64,000 nt of DNA from Cetorhinus maximus (lineage: Eukaryota): assembly GCF_964194155.1 (NCBI RefSeq), contig NC_135893.1:78120001-78184000 (forward strand), in the 5' to 3' direction. Below are positions 49,890 through 63,945 of this stretch, piece by piece. A program made the translations under genes and the position numbers. The notes beneath the pieces were generated by a model, which saw only the letters and a program-made list of their open reading frames with translations, had not been told where the DNA came from and searched no databases. Every line of letters starts with the position of its first letter. Position 1 is the stretch's first letter.

Positions 49890-50889
49890 TGTTATGGAAG
49901 TAAGTGTGTTGATGTTCAATATTAAATTTCATTTTCATCTGCTGAACTCATATCGGAACTTCTTTAAAAAGGCAGTCTCGACTGTTAAAACAAAGACACT
50001 GGTTTAATATGGCTGCCACAGGTCATCTGACATTTTGGGACTGCAAGCTGGCTAAGCATCTGGAAGCTTCTAAAAGTGGACTACAATGAATATGCTTGAA
50101 CATATCCTTGTGGAATGTTGCATCTGACCTTGTCAGGACTAACCCCAAAACAGCAAGGGCAATAAGGCCTCAGACTTTCTACCTCCAGGCCCACCAAGTA
50201 ACAAAGGAGAGCTCAAGAAAATGATTATGCACAAGGGAAGCGCTAAGGACCTCTATCTGCCTCTATTGTATGTCAATGGTTTTTGACTATGAGGGCAAAC
50301 TACTTCATTAACATGAATATACAATTGTTTTCCTTGCATATCAATGCCTGAAACCCTCTGATTTGAGAGTCTTTTATTGTAAAATCCTGTTGATTTTGAG
50401 ACAGGAACATCTGAAAGCAGCAACAAAGCTGCTTGCCTCGCTCTCTTTCCACTAAGCTAGACCCTGCCTGCTTATATCGTCCGGTAGACAGCAGAGAAAT
50501 CCTAAAGAGGACTTCAAATTCCAAAACTATTTCCAGGAAAAAACCAAGGGCTACCACTTTAAGAATGGCCTGAGACACAAACAACAGCAAAGGACTCAGT
50601 GAACTTTTTATATCTGAGCTCTGAAGAAGTCAAAAGGGCTCAAAACTCTCCACAGCTGCTAATATCTTTACCTGGATGGGTTTTTAACACAATAAAAACT
50701 AAACCCTTATGTGTTTAAACTCAAGAAAGCCTACCTGTAGGAGTACTTTGCAATCTGCAGATAAGCAAGTAAATGCGTACACTGAATTGACACATTCGCT
50801 CTTATAAATTTCAAAAAATGCTGTTATGTTCAACCGAGGAGTGGGGAAGAGAGGAGAGTCCTTGCACCCTTCCTCATCTGCTTCTAAAA
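49890..50889 (+). mobile_element. Probable solo LTR (about 1 kb)
   Basis: Starts TGTTATG and ends CTTCTAAAA (degenerate TAACA); flanks CTCA/CTTA (4-bp TSD, one mismatch); AATAAA near 50690; no coding capacity. Confidence 0.45.
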
Positions 50890-52143
50890 CTTAGCACTGA
50901 GTTCAAATGGCCCCATTGTGTCTGGGTTTCCCACCTGTGAGATTCATGCCCCACCCGACTTCCCCTATTGAAGAAAATGGGATCTATTGAAAATGGGGGT
51001 GGGACTTCTGGGTCCAGGTCCCGTCCACCATTTTTAAAGGTCTGCAGAGTCTCCACAACTTCATGAAAATCCAGTCCTTAGTCCCTGAGCCAGGTGTTGG
51101 TCATAACTGTCAATTTAACTGACTAGTAACATTGCTATCTGTAAGGCATATATTCAAAATGCTTCAGACTTCACCTCCAGTGAACAAGAACCTTGACCTT
51201 GAATACATCTGTAACATCATGAAGCTATTCAGACAGCTGATTGATTACGCCAATCTAAAACTGTTAATTAAACTGGGCGTTCAGTGCTCAGGTCGTATCC
51301 CTAATGCACTAAATGGTATCCTGTAAAATATAATCCATCTTGGATGATCCATGCACACTCAACCAGTGTCAGCACAAACAACATCCACCTAAGAGTGGGT
51401 TTTGAGTTAGTTACAATTCACCTACTTACCAATATGATGTGGCGGGGGGGTTGCAACAGAATCATCCATTTTGTCTTTCATATTCCATCATACCATGTGT
51501 CACATAACTCGTTCCCTTCTAACCATTGTTTAATTCTGCCCTCCTATGTTTCCAAATGGAGTATCCATGGGAAAGCCCACAAAGATGCCTGCCATGCAGC
51601 AATAAAAGGTCACACAGGACAAGTGAACTAATTACGTTCAATCCATCATCATTGGGTTTGAATGTGGAGTTCAAATTATGCCACTGCGTCGCAATACAGC
51701 CTTATATATATATTTTAAATGTCAAAAAGTAACGGCTCGTACTATTTCAAAGAGACAGGTGTTCATTCAGAAAAAGGTTTATTTTTTTATATCTTGAACA
51801 GGGTGTCCTTGCCTATGCTGAAAGGAACAGTAATTTTAACCTGTTTAATTGTACACTTGACTTCTCAATAACCTGAACGGAGAGAGGGCTTCGTTTCCAC
51901 CACATGAAGGGAACTTTAAGCTTCTTGCTGCAGCATGACACCCACATTTAGTTCCAGCAGTGCAAGATTTAAGAGAATCCGCAGGTGATTTTTCCAAGTT
52001 CCTTTAGACACTAAAGAGCCTCCAACGAAGCCAAGATGGGACCCCAAGCTGAAACACTGTTTTAGCCCATGATTCACACTAAATGGCAAGTGGGTAAAGG
52101 AGTTGACATGTGCGCTAGGAATGGCCGCCAAAAGGATTATTAA

Positions 52144-52502
52144 TAGGGTTGCCAGTCCTCCAGGATTGGCCTGGAGTCTCCAGGAATTAGGGATCAATCT
52201 CCACAATGCTGATGTGTGCAAGTCTGGAGAAAAATCATTGGGACGTTCAAACAATTGGCTTTTATATTGTCTTTTTCTTTGAAAATTTTTCTTCACCAGA
52301 TATAAAAATATTGAAATGGAGGAAAATGCCTGTTTGACTGACAGTCAAGCACCATCCAATTGGGAAATGAGTCATTTTGCTTTCCAATTGGAGTAGGAAG
52401 GCAGTGTGTCACAAGGATGGATGTGTTGGCCCGGTGGGAGCGTGGGGGCAAGTCATGTGATAAAACCTCCAGGAATACAGTTAATCATAGTTGGCAGCCC
52501 TA
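52144..52502. mobile_element. hAT MITE (359 bp)
   Basis: TIRs TAGGGTTGCCA / TGGCAGCCCTA; perfect 8-bp TSD ATTATTAA (52136-52143 and 52503-52510). Confidence 0.93.
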
Positions 52503-52651
52503 ATTATTAAGGATCCGAATTGCCTGCTAGCACTTATTAAAGAGACTGCGTGACATTTTGGTAGTTAACACTCAGCCCTCTTTTAAAACAGAACAGTTGA
52601 ACAGGAGTAAACAAGTCATTGCTGAGGATTGTGAAAGCTATCACTTTTTTT

Positions 52652-53290
52652 GGGGAGAGTTTTCTCCCCATCGGGATAACTGAGTGGGTGCGGGTCCACG
52701 CTGCCATTTTAAGTGGGCAGGCCAGTTAAGGTCCGCCCAGTGTGATGCGCACCCGGAAGCGCTGAGCACTCCCTACGCGGGCAGGGGGCAGTGGGGGTTG
52801 GGGCGGGGGGGGGGGGGGGGGGGGTGGAGAAGGAGGAGGAGGGAGAGTCAGGGCCTGCGCTCTTTCGTGCATGTGCACGAAAGAGCGCAGAAATCTCCCT
52901 GAGGCACAGAGCTGCCTCAGGGAGGTCACTTTGGGTATAAAAAATTGAAATAAAAGGAAAACAAAATTATTCAGACACGTCCCCCCACGTGACAATGTCC
53001 CGCCCATGGGTGAGGTTTCATGATCAATGTGAAGGCCACCTGGGCTCTTCGCCTGCCCACCAACCTTAAGGTTAGACGAGCAGCTCTGTTAATTCTTTTA
53101 ATTGGTTGTTAAATGGCCTTAATAGGCCTTTGACAGTTCGGCGGGCACGCAGCTGACTCCAGTGCACACCCGAACTGAAGATCGGAATGACGTGTGGTGA
53201 TGTCAGGACACACGCCCGATGTCACCGCGTGTCATTTTATGCATTGGCGAGCAGGGCCCACCCTCACACACTGACCAGAAGATTCAGGCC
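52652..53290 (-). mobile_element. Harbinger-type MITE with expanded poly-G tract
   Basis: Colinear with 39386-40059; ends GGGGAGAGTTTT / AAGATTCAGGCC; G run at about 52805-52824. Confidence 0.85.
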
Positions 53291-53534
53291 ATTGTTTACT
53301 TACCACTGGAGGTCTAAAGAGAACTTTTGAAACATATGGGGGAACTTTGTCAAGTCTTCATTAACACTCAGTAGCATTTTGTTTCCTGGAAATTCACCGA
53401 GGACTTCACCTTAAAAGAGTAAGTGCTGTGATATCCCACCTTAAAGGAGTAACCAGGAGAAAGGCAGTGCTTGGATCATTGACATCTTGCTAGGGGTCCC
53501 CTTTGGCCTAGAGAAGGAAAGGGAGAGGGGCACG

Positions 53535-54402
53535 GGAACATAGGGCTTAGGAGCAGGAGGTGGCCATTTGGTCCTCCTGTCTGCTCCATCATTCAATAAG
53601 ATCATGGCTGATCTGAATGTGGTCTCAGGGCCATTTTCCTGTCTGCACCTAACCTGCGCCCCTCCCCCCAAATAACCCTCGACTCCCTTGTTTAAAGGGC
53701 ATTTAAGAATCAACCACATTGCTGTGGGTCAGGAGTCACATGTAAGCCAGACCAGGTAAGGAAGGCAGATTTCCTTCCCTAAAGGACATTAGTGAACCAG
53801 ATGGGTTTTTATGACAATTGGCAATGGTTTCATGGTCATCAGCAGCCTTTTAATTCCAGAATTTAAAAAAAATTGAATTCAAACCCCACCATCTGCCGTG
53901 GTGGGATTCGAACAGTCCCCAGAGCATTACCCTGGGTCTCTGCATTACTAATCCAGTGACAAAACCACTGTGCCCCTAGTTCCAGTGTCCCCGGCAAGTG
54001 GAAACATCCTCTCGGTATCTACCCTATCAAGTCCCCTCAGGATCTTATATGTTTCAGTAAGATCATCTCTGATTCTTCTAAACTCCGATGGGTACAGGCC
54101 CAACCTGTTCAACCTTTCTTCATAAGATAAACCCCTCATCCCAGGAATGAGTCGAGTGAACCTTCTCTGAACTGCTTCTAACACAATTATATCTTTTTTC
54201 AAATAAGGAGACCAAAACCGTACACAGTATTCCAGATGTGGTCTCACCAAGGCTCCGTACAGCTGCAGTAAAATTTCCCTACGTTTATGTTCCATTCCCC
54301 TTGCAATAAACACCAACATTCAACTTCCCTTTCTAACCACTTGCTGCACCTGCATACTAACATTTTGTGATTCATGTAGCAGGACACCCAGATCCCTCTG
54401 TA
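53535..54402 (-). mobile_element. CR1 3' fragment interrupted by a SINE piece
   Basis: ORF 53948-54319 LVRPHLEYCVRFWSPY...VQRRFTRLIPG; tail at about 53535-53692. Confidence 0.88.
53693..53975 (-). mobile_element. tRNA head plus 5' region of the tRNA-headed LINE/SINE family (tail missing)
   Basis: GGCACAGTGG...CTGGATTAGTAATGCAG-AGA-CCCAGGGTAATGCTCTGGG...GTTCGAATCCC, colinear with about 6648-6910. Confidence 0.88.
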
Positions 54403-55294
54403 TCACAAAGGACGTGAAGCCAGGCAGAACAGCACCAGTTACCTCAGTAGACAGGAATGGGAGAGCGAGGTGTATTCCTTGTCCCCCAACCCACCCTTGG
54501 GTACAAAACATCTCTCTTTCTCTGGCACTCATCCACCAGCACCTCCATGTGCCACATCAGGGAACCTCTCATTCGGTCCCTGAGCCATCCTGAGTGTCAG
54601 CCAGCACGCTTCATGCCTTTCAGTGGAATTAGGTGCTTGAGGCCCAATTATACTGCCCCACAAAAATTGCTTCTATCAGCACTTGGAATGTTAAACCTGA
54701 AGGTGTCTATTTTAGCATTTTCACACAAGTTTAAATTATTGTAATCAACAATTAGGTTACAAATTGCATGCCAGACCCAGACTTCCAAACAGGCGTGTCT
54801 TATTAGCACAGCGCCTATTTTCGCCAAAATAACCCCCAGTGTGTTTAAAGAAGCAAAGTCTTAGTTAATGGATATTAACTGCTTGCTCCAAATCCTATCC
54901 TTTGACCACTGGGAGTAGGTATCTTTGACATTTAAGAGAATTTTCAACTTAGCTGAACACTGTCAGTGCCAAATACAATCAAGAACTGGCTGCACTCCAC
55001 TGCAAGGCACAAAGCTAAGCATCATTGTCCCATATGGTACCTCAGACAAACCAAACACCCACATTACGGAAAAATATACATGCACTGATATGAAACAAAT
55101 TGGCCTACACTTAATCTCTAATGCACTAATCCTACACAGGCAGTCTGATTTTGGTGACAATGCTGTAAGGAAAATAATGCGTAGTTATTGCCCCCACGGA
55201 CTGCAAGACTTACCTTGTCTACTTCTTTTAAATTCCCAGAGGCCACAATGCCACTTCAGTCTTTTAGACTCAGAACTCATCCAAGCCCAACAGT

Positions 55295-55872
55295 GGCCAG
55301 GATTTCCAGCTCGGCGTGTGCCCAACCTGCACGAGCGTGAAATAGCGTCCGATGACATCAAGCGAGCGCCCAATGTCATCGCGCACTCACGCGATATTTT
55401 GATTGGCAGGCGCACGCGGGACTTGGCAGTGCACCCACCAACAATTAAGAGGGCTGCTACGGTTGGCAGGCGGGCGAATAGGCCAAGCAGCCATTGCATT
55501 TTTTGCAAAACCTCATCCACGGGCGGGATGAGGTTTCAACCAGTGATTTAAAAAATTAAAACTCATTTTTAACATGTCCCTGCTCACGCGACAGAATCAC
55601 CTGAGGGGACATGTTTTCCTTATTTTTCCATTCTTTATTTGTAATGTTGAAAATCTTCAGCGCCCTGAGGCAGCTCTGTGCCTTCAGGGAGCTTTCACTA
55701 AGCGCACCCTCGCACATGCGCACACTTCAGCGCACGCCCTCTTCCTGCCCCCACCCCTACAGCGCTGAGGCTCTGAGCATGCCTTTCATGCTAGCTGGCT
55801 GTTAATTGGTCATTTTCGCAACCGCGAATGGACTGCTTGCCGCGCCCTAGCCGAGAGGTAAAAATCCTGCCC
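55295..55872 (+). mobile_element. Harbinger-type MITE (internally shortened)
   Basis: TIRs GGCCAGGATTT / AAATCCTGCCC; flanks AGT/AAT. Confidence 0.88.
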
Positions 55873-58509
55873 AATATGTATTTCCCCACCCCCATCATGT
55901 CCAGTGCAGTCTTTGCAGGCTCAAAGAACATTTTCCAATTAATAACAGCTCTGCAATGATGTGTCACAGTCCAGATAAAGATAGAATGAGGTATGGTGCC
56001 ACAATCTTCCGACTCAGAGGCCATTACGATAGTATGAAACCACACTGACGCTTCAGTACAGTGGTGAGGGAATGCTGCCCAGTCGGAGGTGCTGAATCAA
56101 CAAAACAGATGTATGCAGGGGTAGAATTTATTTTACTCCTAATGATAATGTATAGAAAAGCCTTTTGATTTATACTTCAGTCTCAGAAAATACAGAAGAA
56201 AATTCGGGTGTGTGAAGAGCAAATAGTCTTTAAAAATAAAACACGTTTTTGGGATGTCTACTTTACATTTAGAATTTTCCAGAAAATCCAGTTAAAACTG
56301 GACTGTCCAGTCCAAAACCAGGTGAGTAATAACACTAGGTGCAGCTATACTTCAAAGATAAGTCACACAATGAGAAAAGCAAAAGAAATCAATGACAAGC
56401 ACATTCTTTTAGTTCAGTTAGTTTTGCCATCTTTTTATCCCAATTGACTGCCAGAAATCTGATCAAAGCACTTTTACACTGGCTGTGGGGCAAAGACATT
56501 TGGTACCGACTCACTGTACTTGCTCAGAACATCCTCTTTATCTTTAGGGCAGAACTGTATATCAATAAAAAACTGAGGCTGTGGCTGCTGTCAAGAAATG
56601 GAAAGCTGTCGTAGGGATGTAAAGGCAGGGCCATCATTCTGCCCAAATCCAACTAAACAAGCACCAGCATAAAACGTGACTTCAGAAGCTTACTAAATGA
56701 GTGTAATTAGTTCAAGGGCCTTCTTCAAATAAACAATCTTTGGTATGTTTGTTAACTTTTAGAAAATGTAACGTTGGGTGTGGGGTTAGGGGGAGAAATT
56801 CCAGCTGCAAAAAAATTTGCTCCATCACTGTATTAATGGTTAAATGCTTTTGGAATTAAACAACGACTCACGACCTAATAGCCTCAAACACTTTGTTGGA
56901 ATTAGAGAAGTGTAAACAGTTTCAGGCTGGAGCCCATCAGACACCTCCAGCTGTACTTTATGACCCCACCTTAACTCCTTTAGGCTTGTTTGATGGATGG
57001 CTTAAGTCAGGCTGTGTAGCCCCTATTGAATCTGATTGAACCTTCAGGAGTCACTTGATCTTCAGTCTGGGTATGCGTTTTCAGTATTATTCCTTCATAA
57101 GTTTCAACACATGAACATATTCACCTTACAAAAACTGTTGTATGGCATCAGGTAAACTTTCAAAAAAAAATAGACACCTCCATCAGACTGGAACTTCTCA
57201 TTAATCTGATTGAAGCCACTCAGATAATTCCTACCACAAAGTTAAAGGGAACAAGTTAAATTAAATTCCTAGCCTTTAAGTGCAGCCGTCAAGGGGGCAA
57301 CTTTACTGGCAGGAACGCCCGTTAAAAGAATTCTAAATGTCATCATTTACTGAACAGCTTCAAATTTACAATTAAAATTGAATGTAATAACTCCTTAAAA
57401 GTCCAAGTTTTTAGAATGTTTTCATCCTTACTTAATTTGTTTAAACTCTTAACTTAGCTTTTTATGATCTCACCACAAATTCCCCCTGAGCATTTTTCTT
57501 TCAGCAAGTTATTGTCGTGGGTGTTTTAAAATATAAGTTACACACATTTAAGGAAACATTAACAGGACACATTCTTTAACATAAAAATACAGTACAGCAG
57601 CATTACATTGAGCTGCAGTCAATAGTGCTGCAGAACAATGCCTGCAATTTGTCACCCGGCTGCATTCCCCATTTCAGCCATGCTACTACAGGGAAAAGTC
57701 AAGCAAAGTCACAGGGAGGGCTCAGCATTTACAAGTACCCATGTCTCTCACACAGCTCTAAATACATTGGAAGCATTGAGTACCACAATTCACCCACGCA
57801 ATCTCTTGCCACAATTTGTGGTGGAGGAGGCGGGATAAAGGGGTGTGGGTCAGGCAGTGGGAGGTAAGAGGGAAATGCATTTGCTCAGCTTTAAAAATTA
57901 ACATTTTGAGAATCAAAAGTACAATGGTGGTGTTCTGAAAGTATGTGCTTAAGTACAAACCTAAAGTTGGATTTTCTTATGAGCTTTTGCTTATAGGATG
58001 CAGTCCTTCTTGCTATCTAAAAAAATTGTCAATCAGTTTGTAACAAATTGTAAGCCCTCATATTTATAGGAAAGAATGTACCATGGCCCATTTCTAAGAG
58101 CCATGTAATTAAATATTGCAATGAATATGTTTTGTCTGATTATTGCATAGATTATTAAATACCTGATTGTCGAGTATTATTAGTCCAGTGAGGTCTATAT
58201 TAGTCAATATAGGATAATTGTGCAAGTGATTTGGTTTTGAGCAAGTTAAAATCTCACCCACACTCTTTAAAGACATGGATTAAAAGCATTGCTACCGTCT
58301 ATAACGCATTTACAACAGGTTAGATTTGGGCTGCTTAAATGGGTTTGAGTATAACACCTGCATTGGCTAAATCAACAGGTTAGGGAGCAATTAACAGATT
58401 AGTACAATGGGGCGAATTGGGAGGTGGCCAATAAAACCTTACACTGCAAAGAAAATTACTCATATTACTAGACTTATAACAGGCTTCTGCAGAAATAAAT
58501 GGAGACTTT

Positions 58510-59192
58510 AGCCCGAATCTTCAGAGAAGTGGCAATCATCATCAAAGTGTCGTCCCACCCCTACTTTTCTGTCCCACGCTGGAGCTCCGCATTTCTGGCC
58601 GGTTTTTCTGATCCCGGCTTCCATCCAACTACTTCCATTGGACTGTCAGGGGGAGAGAAGCCGCGCCCCATTTTTACAGCATTAGCTGCCGAATTCTGCT
58701 AAGTGTTGCGGCATTTAAACAGCTTTTCTGTGTGTTCATGAATGAGTAGGTGTGTAAGTCGGTAGGGTGGGTGAGGCAAGTGGGTAAATGGGTGGGGTGG
58801 CAGTTGAGTAGGTGGTGGTTGGGGGGGGCACTAGTCAGGCTGGGGGGGGGTTAGAGTCAGGTGGTGGGGGCTGGTCAGGTCAGGTTGGAGTCTGGGGGAT
58901 TGTAGTCAGGTCGGGGGTGTCAGTTGTATAGTTACACAGGAGTTAGACTAGGATTTTTCTGTCTAGCATTTCCTGGGTAACATTTCCTATCCAGGTAAGT
59001 AAGTCCGAACGTTCTGAAGTCTCCGACTCCAACTCAAAGTTGGAGACATTTTTCCAGAGGGTCCCAGAGAGCAGGGGATGGAATTCAAACTTCCCAGGCA
59101 ATTCCAAAGGAATCATTGTGGCAGAGTCCCGAACTGCATCTCAGGCCGTACATCTGATCTCTTGACGATCTGGAGACCGGATGATCAGGGCC
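58510..59192. mobile_element. Possible non-autonomous DNA element with internal G/T-rich tract
   Basis: GC-rich island with loosely inverted ends AGCCCGAATCTTC / GATGATCAGGGCC; no TSD recognised. Confidence 0.35.
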
Positions 59193-61871
59193 AATAAATT
59201 CCTATTCATTTAACAGAAGCTCACAGTGCAAAAGGTATGCAGTGTTAGCAAGAGGAGAACGCAAGAGTCCAAAACAGTTCCTGTAATGTCAAATATTTTA
59301 TTGAACTAACCTTTACGATCCCTAGTTAGAGAAGGGTTTCAATAAACCAAGATGTTAATTCAGCACTGAGGAGAAGTTCGCCTTATATTCCAGTAATACC
59401 TTGGCCTGAAATGACCTCAATCCCATTTATGCCAATATTTGCACTGGTTTCTAGGCTAATCTTGCTGATGGGAAGTTAAGCACAAATGCAAGCTCATTTG
59501 CCTACACCAGAATGTAAAAGCCAGTGTAAAACAAATGCAAGAGTTGCACTATTGATAAGTTAATAACACAAGTGTAAAAAGGTGCACGCTGTCTTTGGCC
59601 ACGTGCCTCAGAGATGTTTACCTCTGCTAATCCTCCAGCAGTGCTATACAGATCAGAGGCATACCCAACGGGAAGCCTATTCCAGCGATGTATTCATTCC
59701 AAACACGTGAAGGGGATGGCTGAAAACATTTGGGTACATTGCGATGGATTGCACTTTGGTGAAGCATAGTGCAGGTCCGCAGCGCAAGATACATTTAAAA
59801 ACTCTGTGAAGATTGCTATCAAAATCCACAAATCTCAGCTCTGCAGCTAAATCTCGGCTTAAATTTACGTAAAGAAACTGTGATGGGGAGCAGGGCTCCC
59901 GTGTAAAATCAGTCTTTGGAACTTACGTGAAAATTTTCTTGGGGCTTAAAAACGTGCAACGTAACTCTCTCACTGTTATTGCAGCAAACGTTAAGAAATT
60001 GCAGGCATTCCGATTTAGTGCTGATCTTTGCACTACACCAAAACCAACTTTTGTACTTTTTGACTGTAAACTTTTCAGAAGAGCTAGTCTCACTCCACTA
60101 GTTGGCTATAGTTTTATTATTATTGATTTGAGTCAATATGTTGAACTATATAGTTCCTAGTAACCATGCTGTTGCCTTTTCCCTAATATGAATATTATTA
60201 CTGATCATACACCAGTAAGCAGAACTCCAATGTGAGAATGTATGGATGCCAGCTAAACATTGACTGTTCTCCGAAAAGATTCCGATATTGAGGACAGTAT
60301 TTCTGGTGCACTTTATTTCACTATATAAGTGAAAAATGTGACATGCATGAAGAAATGAAATCATGTGTTTAAATGTTGTCCTCCATCCCACTTTTTTGAT
60401 ACCTTGAATACGCTCAAATCAGTAAACCTCGCCCACTACTTGGATTACTATCACCTCTAGGGACAACCTGGTACTTCTAGCCAGACAAGTTAGTTAAAAG
60501 AAACATTTGTGCTGAATTTCAACAATTCCAAAATCACTTATCTCCTGACCAATCTACACACTCCATGTGTTGTTAATTGTTGCAGTGTTCCACATACTCT
60601 GCATGTGACATGGGTCACATGTTAAAGGATGGTTTCCAGCTGTACTGAAACTCAACTCCGCCAAGTAACACAATACACAGGTGGTTTAAATTTAACTCTT
60701 TTGTCCTGTGCTTCAATACCACTTCTTTCAAAGTGTGCACCTCTGCCTTATAAATCCAGCGTCGGATTGTTTTTACAAAGACCTATAGTGAGTGTCCTTT
60801 CCTCACTGAATACAACACACTTAACCAACATGAAAGATACAATGAACAGTTTGTTAATCTTAAGGGTTTTTGTGAATGTTAATAAATGAACTTTGCTTAA
60901 AAAAAAGTTGGAGATCATGCTCTTCCAAAATTATGTCTGAATAAAAGATTATGGATCAACTGTTCCAAAAATTCTGGTTTCACTCAACTCCTAAACACGA
61001 CATGGCTTAAGTTAAAATGAGTGTTGGCTGTGTTTGACTTTTTTTTTCCTCCAATGTCTTAAATCCAGACTGCACCATATGGACTGCAAAAGGTCTATTC
61101 TTGTGATAACAATAGTGGCAAAACGAAAACTTATATCCAAAAAGGGGTTAGCTTCCCTTCTTAAAGAAAATGACATCTGTAAATCTGCATAACAGATTGT
61201 TCAGAAACAAACAACAAATTTTTTTTTTGCAGCCCTGTTATTTTTGCCAATTTACTGAAAATGGCACAAATGTCCTTAGAAATTGTTATTTCTCCTTTTC
61301 ACATTTAACAAGAATTTGCAACATGAATAGCATTAATGCAGCTCAGCTGTTTGGTTTTTTTTGAACAAGAGGAATTTGACTGGGGGAGCACATGCTCAGT
61401 ATTGTTAAAGATAAATGAACCATGCACTAAAGGTTAACCTTTTCCCCCACTACTTGAGTGAAATGGAGACTTTTTTTTCCATACAAAAAAAACCGAGGTG
61501 AAAAAAGAACCTATTGAAGAGCTGGGCTGAAGGATTCAGAGTTTTGCATTTGAAAACACAAAAAGAACCTTTCACTATTTGATAAATGTGGAGATTGGTT
61601 ATACAACTTAAATATAGAGGATACAGCAGTGGTGGAGGTGCATCATTTGAGTTTATTTTCACAATTCAGATAGGACTATAAATATATGAATTATGAAGCT
61701 TTTATTACTGGAATCAACTCTCAATCCATTCCATAGATAATAGCACTCCAAAGCAGCAAGAGCTAACATTTCTGTAAATTATTTTGTTACATCCTATTAG
61801 GAGATATGGCAATAATTTCCATGCATCTTGGTCTGGGAACCTGTGCTTCTGATCAGGAATAGCTAATAACT

Positions 61872-61980
61872 ACAGGCAGAATGGGGAGTTGAGGCCACAA
61901 TCAGATCACCCACGATCTTATTGAATGGCAGAGCAAGCGCGAGGGGCTGAATGGCCTACACCTAATTTTATTTTCGTATG
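61872..61980 (+). mobile_element. CR1 3' tail
   Basis: GAGGCCACAATCAGATCA...GAGGGGCTGAATGGCCTAC, the reverse complement of about 23435-23510. Confidence 0.8.
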
Positions 61981-62452
61981 GGTGGGTGTGTTCCTTTCAC
62001 ATGTATAATGGTCATTTTTATTGGTGAGAGTCACGAATATGAAAATGAAATAAATGCTTCATTAACTTTGTTTATCCATAAATATAACCCAGTCAGTAAC
62101 TTGATGAAATGCATCATGTCATGTGTGACTTACATGTCAGAGCTTTCTTTTCAAGTGCAGGCAGAAAAACAAAAGATTTGTCAAACAATTTTTAAAAAAT
62201 ATATATACACAGACCTTTTAGACCTTGAACATATGCTGTTAAAACATCATATGTTCAAACTGGGGTCCTCGCTCAATGAGGAGATCCTGGACTTCCATCC
62301 GATTCCTACCCACCGATCATCAGATGATTAAATTTGTTCATAGTTGTTGACTAACCAGCATATCATTTATATTGCTCTTTGCAAATTGAGCAAAAGAACC
62401 CCCCAATATTTTCTGTAACGTTAACACCATTTTTCTCTGGGGGGTTGACATT

Positions 62453-62555
62453 GGGCAGAATTTTATGGCCCCTCCCATCGGCGGGATTTTCTGGTCCCGC
62501 TGAAGTCAGTGGATTTTCGAACGGCTTGGCCCATTTTACAGTTTCGCCCCCACCG
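62453..62555. mobile_element. Truncated copy of the 128-bp MITE
   Basis: GGGCAGAATTTT start; inverted homology to 43794-43921. Confidence 0.65.
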
Positions 62556-63774
62556 TCGCTCATTGTCTTTTGGTCACTAACACAGGGATTCCCCATGTGT
62601 GTCAATAGCTATAGGGGATTCCCAAATATGGGAAAGATTAAAAAACACCATAATGCAAAGAGTTCTCAGGTACTGCCTATGAATATACCAAAAAGTGACA
62701 TATCATTGCAAAACCCTCATTAGAAAAGACTACAAATCTGTCTGGTAACAATGACAGTACCCTGTGTTTTCTTTTATTAAATTGTGACTCGTGAAAATTA
62801 GTTAAAATAATTGAATTTATGCATTAAAGACATTAAAATAACTACTGTAGTTTTAGGATTGTTGGTCATGCTTTCTCGTAGCTATTCCTTGTTTTTTTCC
62901 CACAAAGTATAACTCACTGAACATGCTCTCTCCCTCTGTAATAAAACAGTCAGATGATAATATGCTTCATGATGCATGAAGCCAGCCTTCTAGTTTTACC
63001 ACAAAATGACTTGGGAAAAAAACGAGCAGAAGTATGATAATGAAGGGAGTTATATTGCCTCTGACGACAGGTCTCTTTTGTTGAGTTAATTGACCGAATT
63101 TGACCTGAAAATGTGAACCGATGTGTAACACTTAGTCAAGTCAAATAAATTCATCCTTAATCCAGACAAATATCCAATTGGAGCATGGCATTTACTCATT
63201 ATGCAGAAGACTGAAATCAAATCAGAAATGTTTGACAAACAGTTACAGATAGATCTCTATTCAAATGTCCTTCAGGTGCAGTGGATTATCACATTGTCCT
63301 TTAACTTCTGGATCCTGGTTTAATGTCAGTTCAAATCAATAGAATAAAAAAATCTCCTTTCTTTGCTGCCTGAATAGCAGAATTACACAAAATGCGGCAT
63401 TTACAGGAAGCATGCAGGATGCAACATTACATTTCTCTGTGTGTATTCTATTTTATGCATATACATGTGTGTGTGTGGTCATAGTCATACCAACACAGAA
63501 GGAAGCCATTCAGCCCATCAAGTCCACTAGTTGTGTTTTACCCTCTTCCTCTCGCCCACATCATTATTCTTTAAAGTTTCTGTGCCGGTTAAGCGAAAGC
63601 TGTCAGTGCTGGGAAAGAGCAATTTTTTAATATTTTCTACTCAGCCTTAACATTAAAACACAAGACTGACTAGAATAAAGCTCTCCCTATTCTTCCTTAA
63701 GAAGGAATCCTAAGTATCAGAAAAGAATGGCTACAGCGTCAATGTGACATTTGTTTCTAAATACCAGCCAAGCA

Positions 63775-63940
63775 ACTGCAACCACAAATTTTATTTATAT
63801 AGTGTTTTTTGCCCCAAGGTGCTTCACAGGAGAGTTATGGAACAAAATCTGTTATCAATATACACAAGGAGATGTTAGCCCAGGTGACCAAAGAGGTAGG
63901 ATTTAAGAAGACCCTTAAAAGAGGAAAGAGAGGCAGAGAA
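63775..63940 (-). mobile_element. L2 3' end fragment
   Basis: Degenerate L2-type tail similar to 23235-23295. Confidence 0.5.
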
Positions 63941-63945
63941 ACATA

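Noticed and set aside
54925-55551. 208-aa ORF on +
   Set aside because: Chimeric across unique DNA and a MITE, with a non-ATG start.
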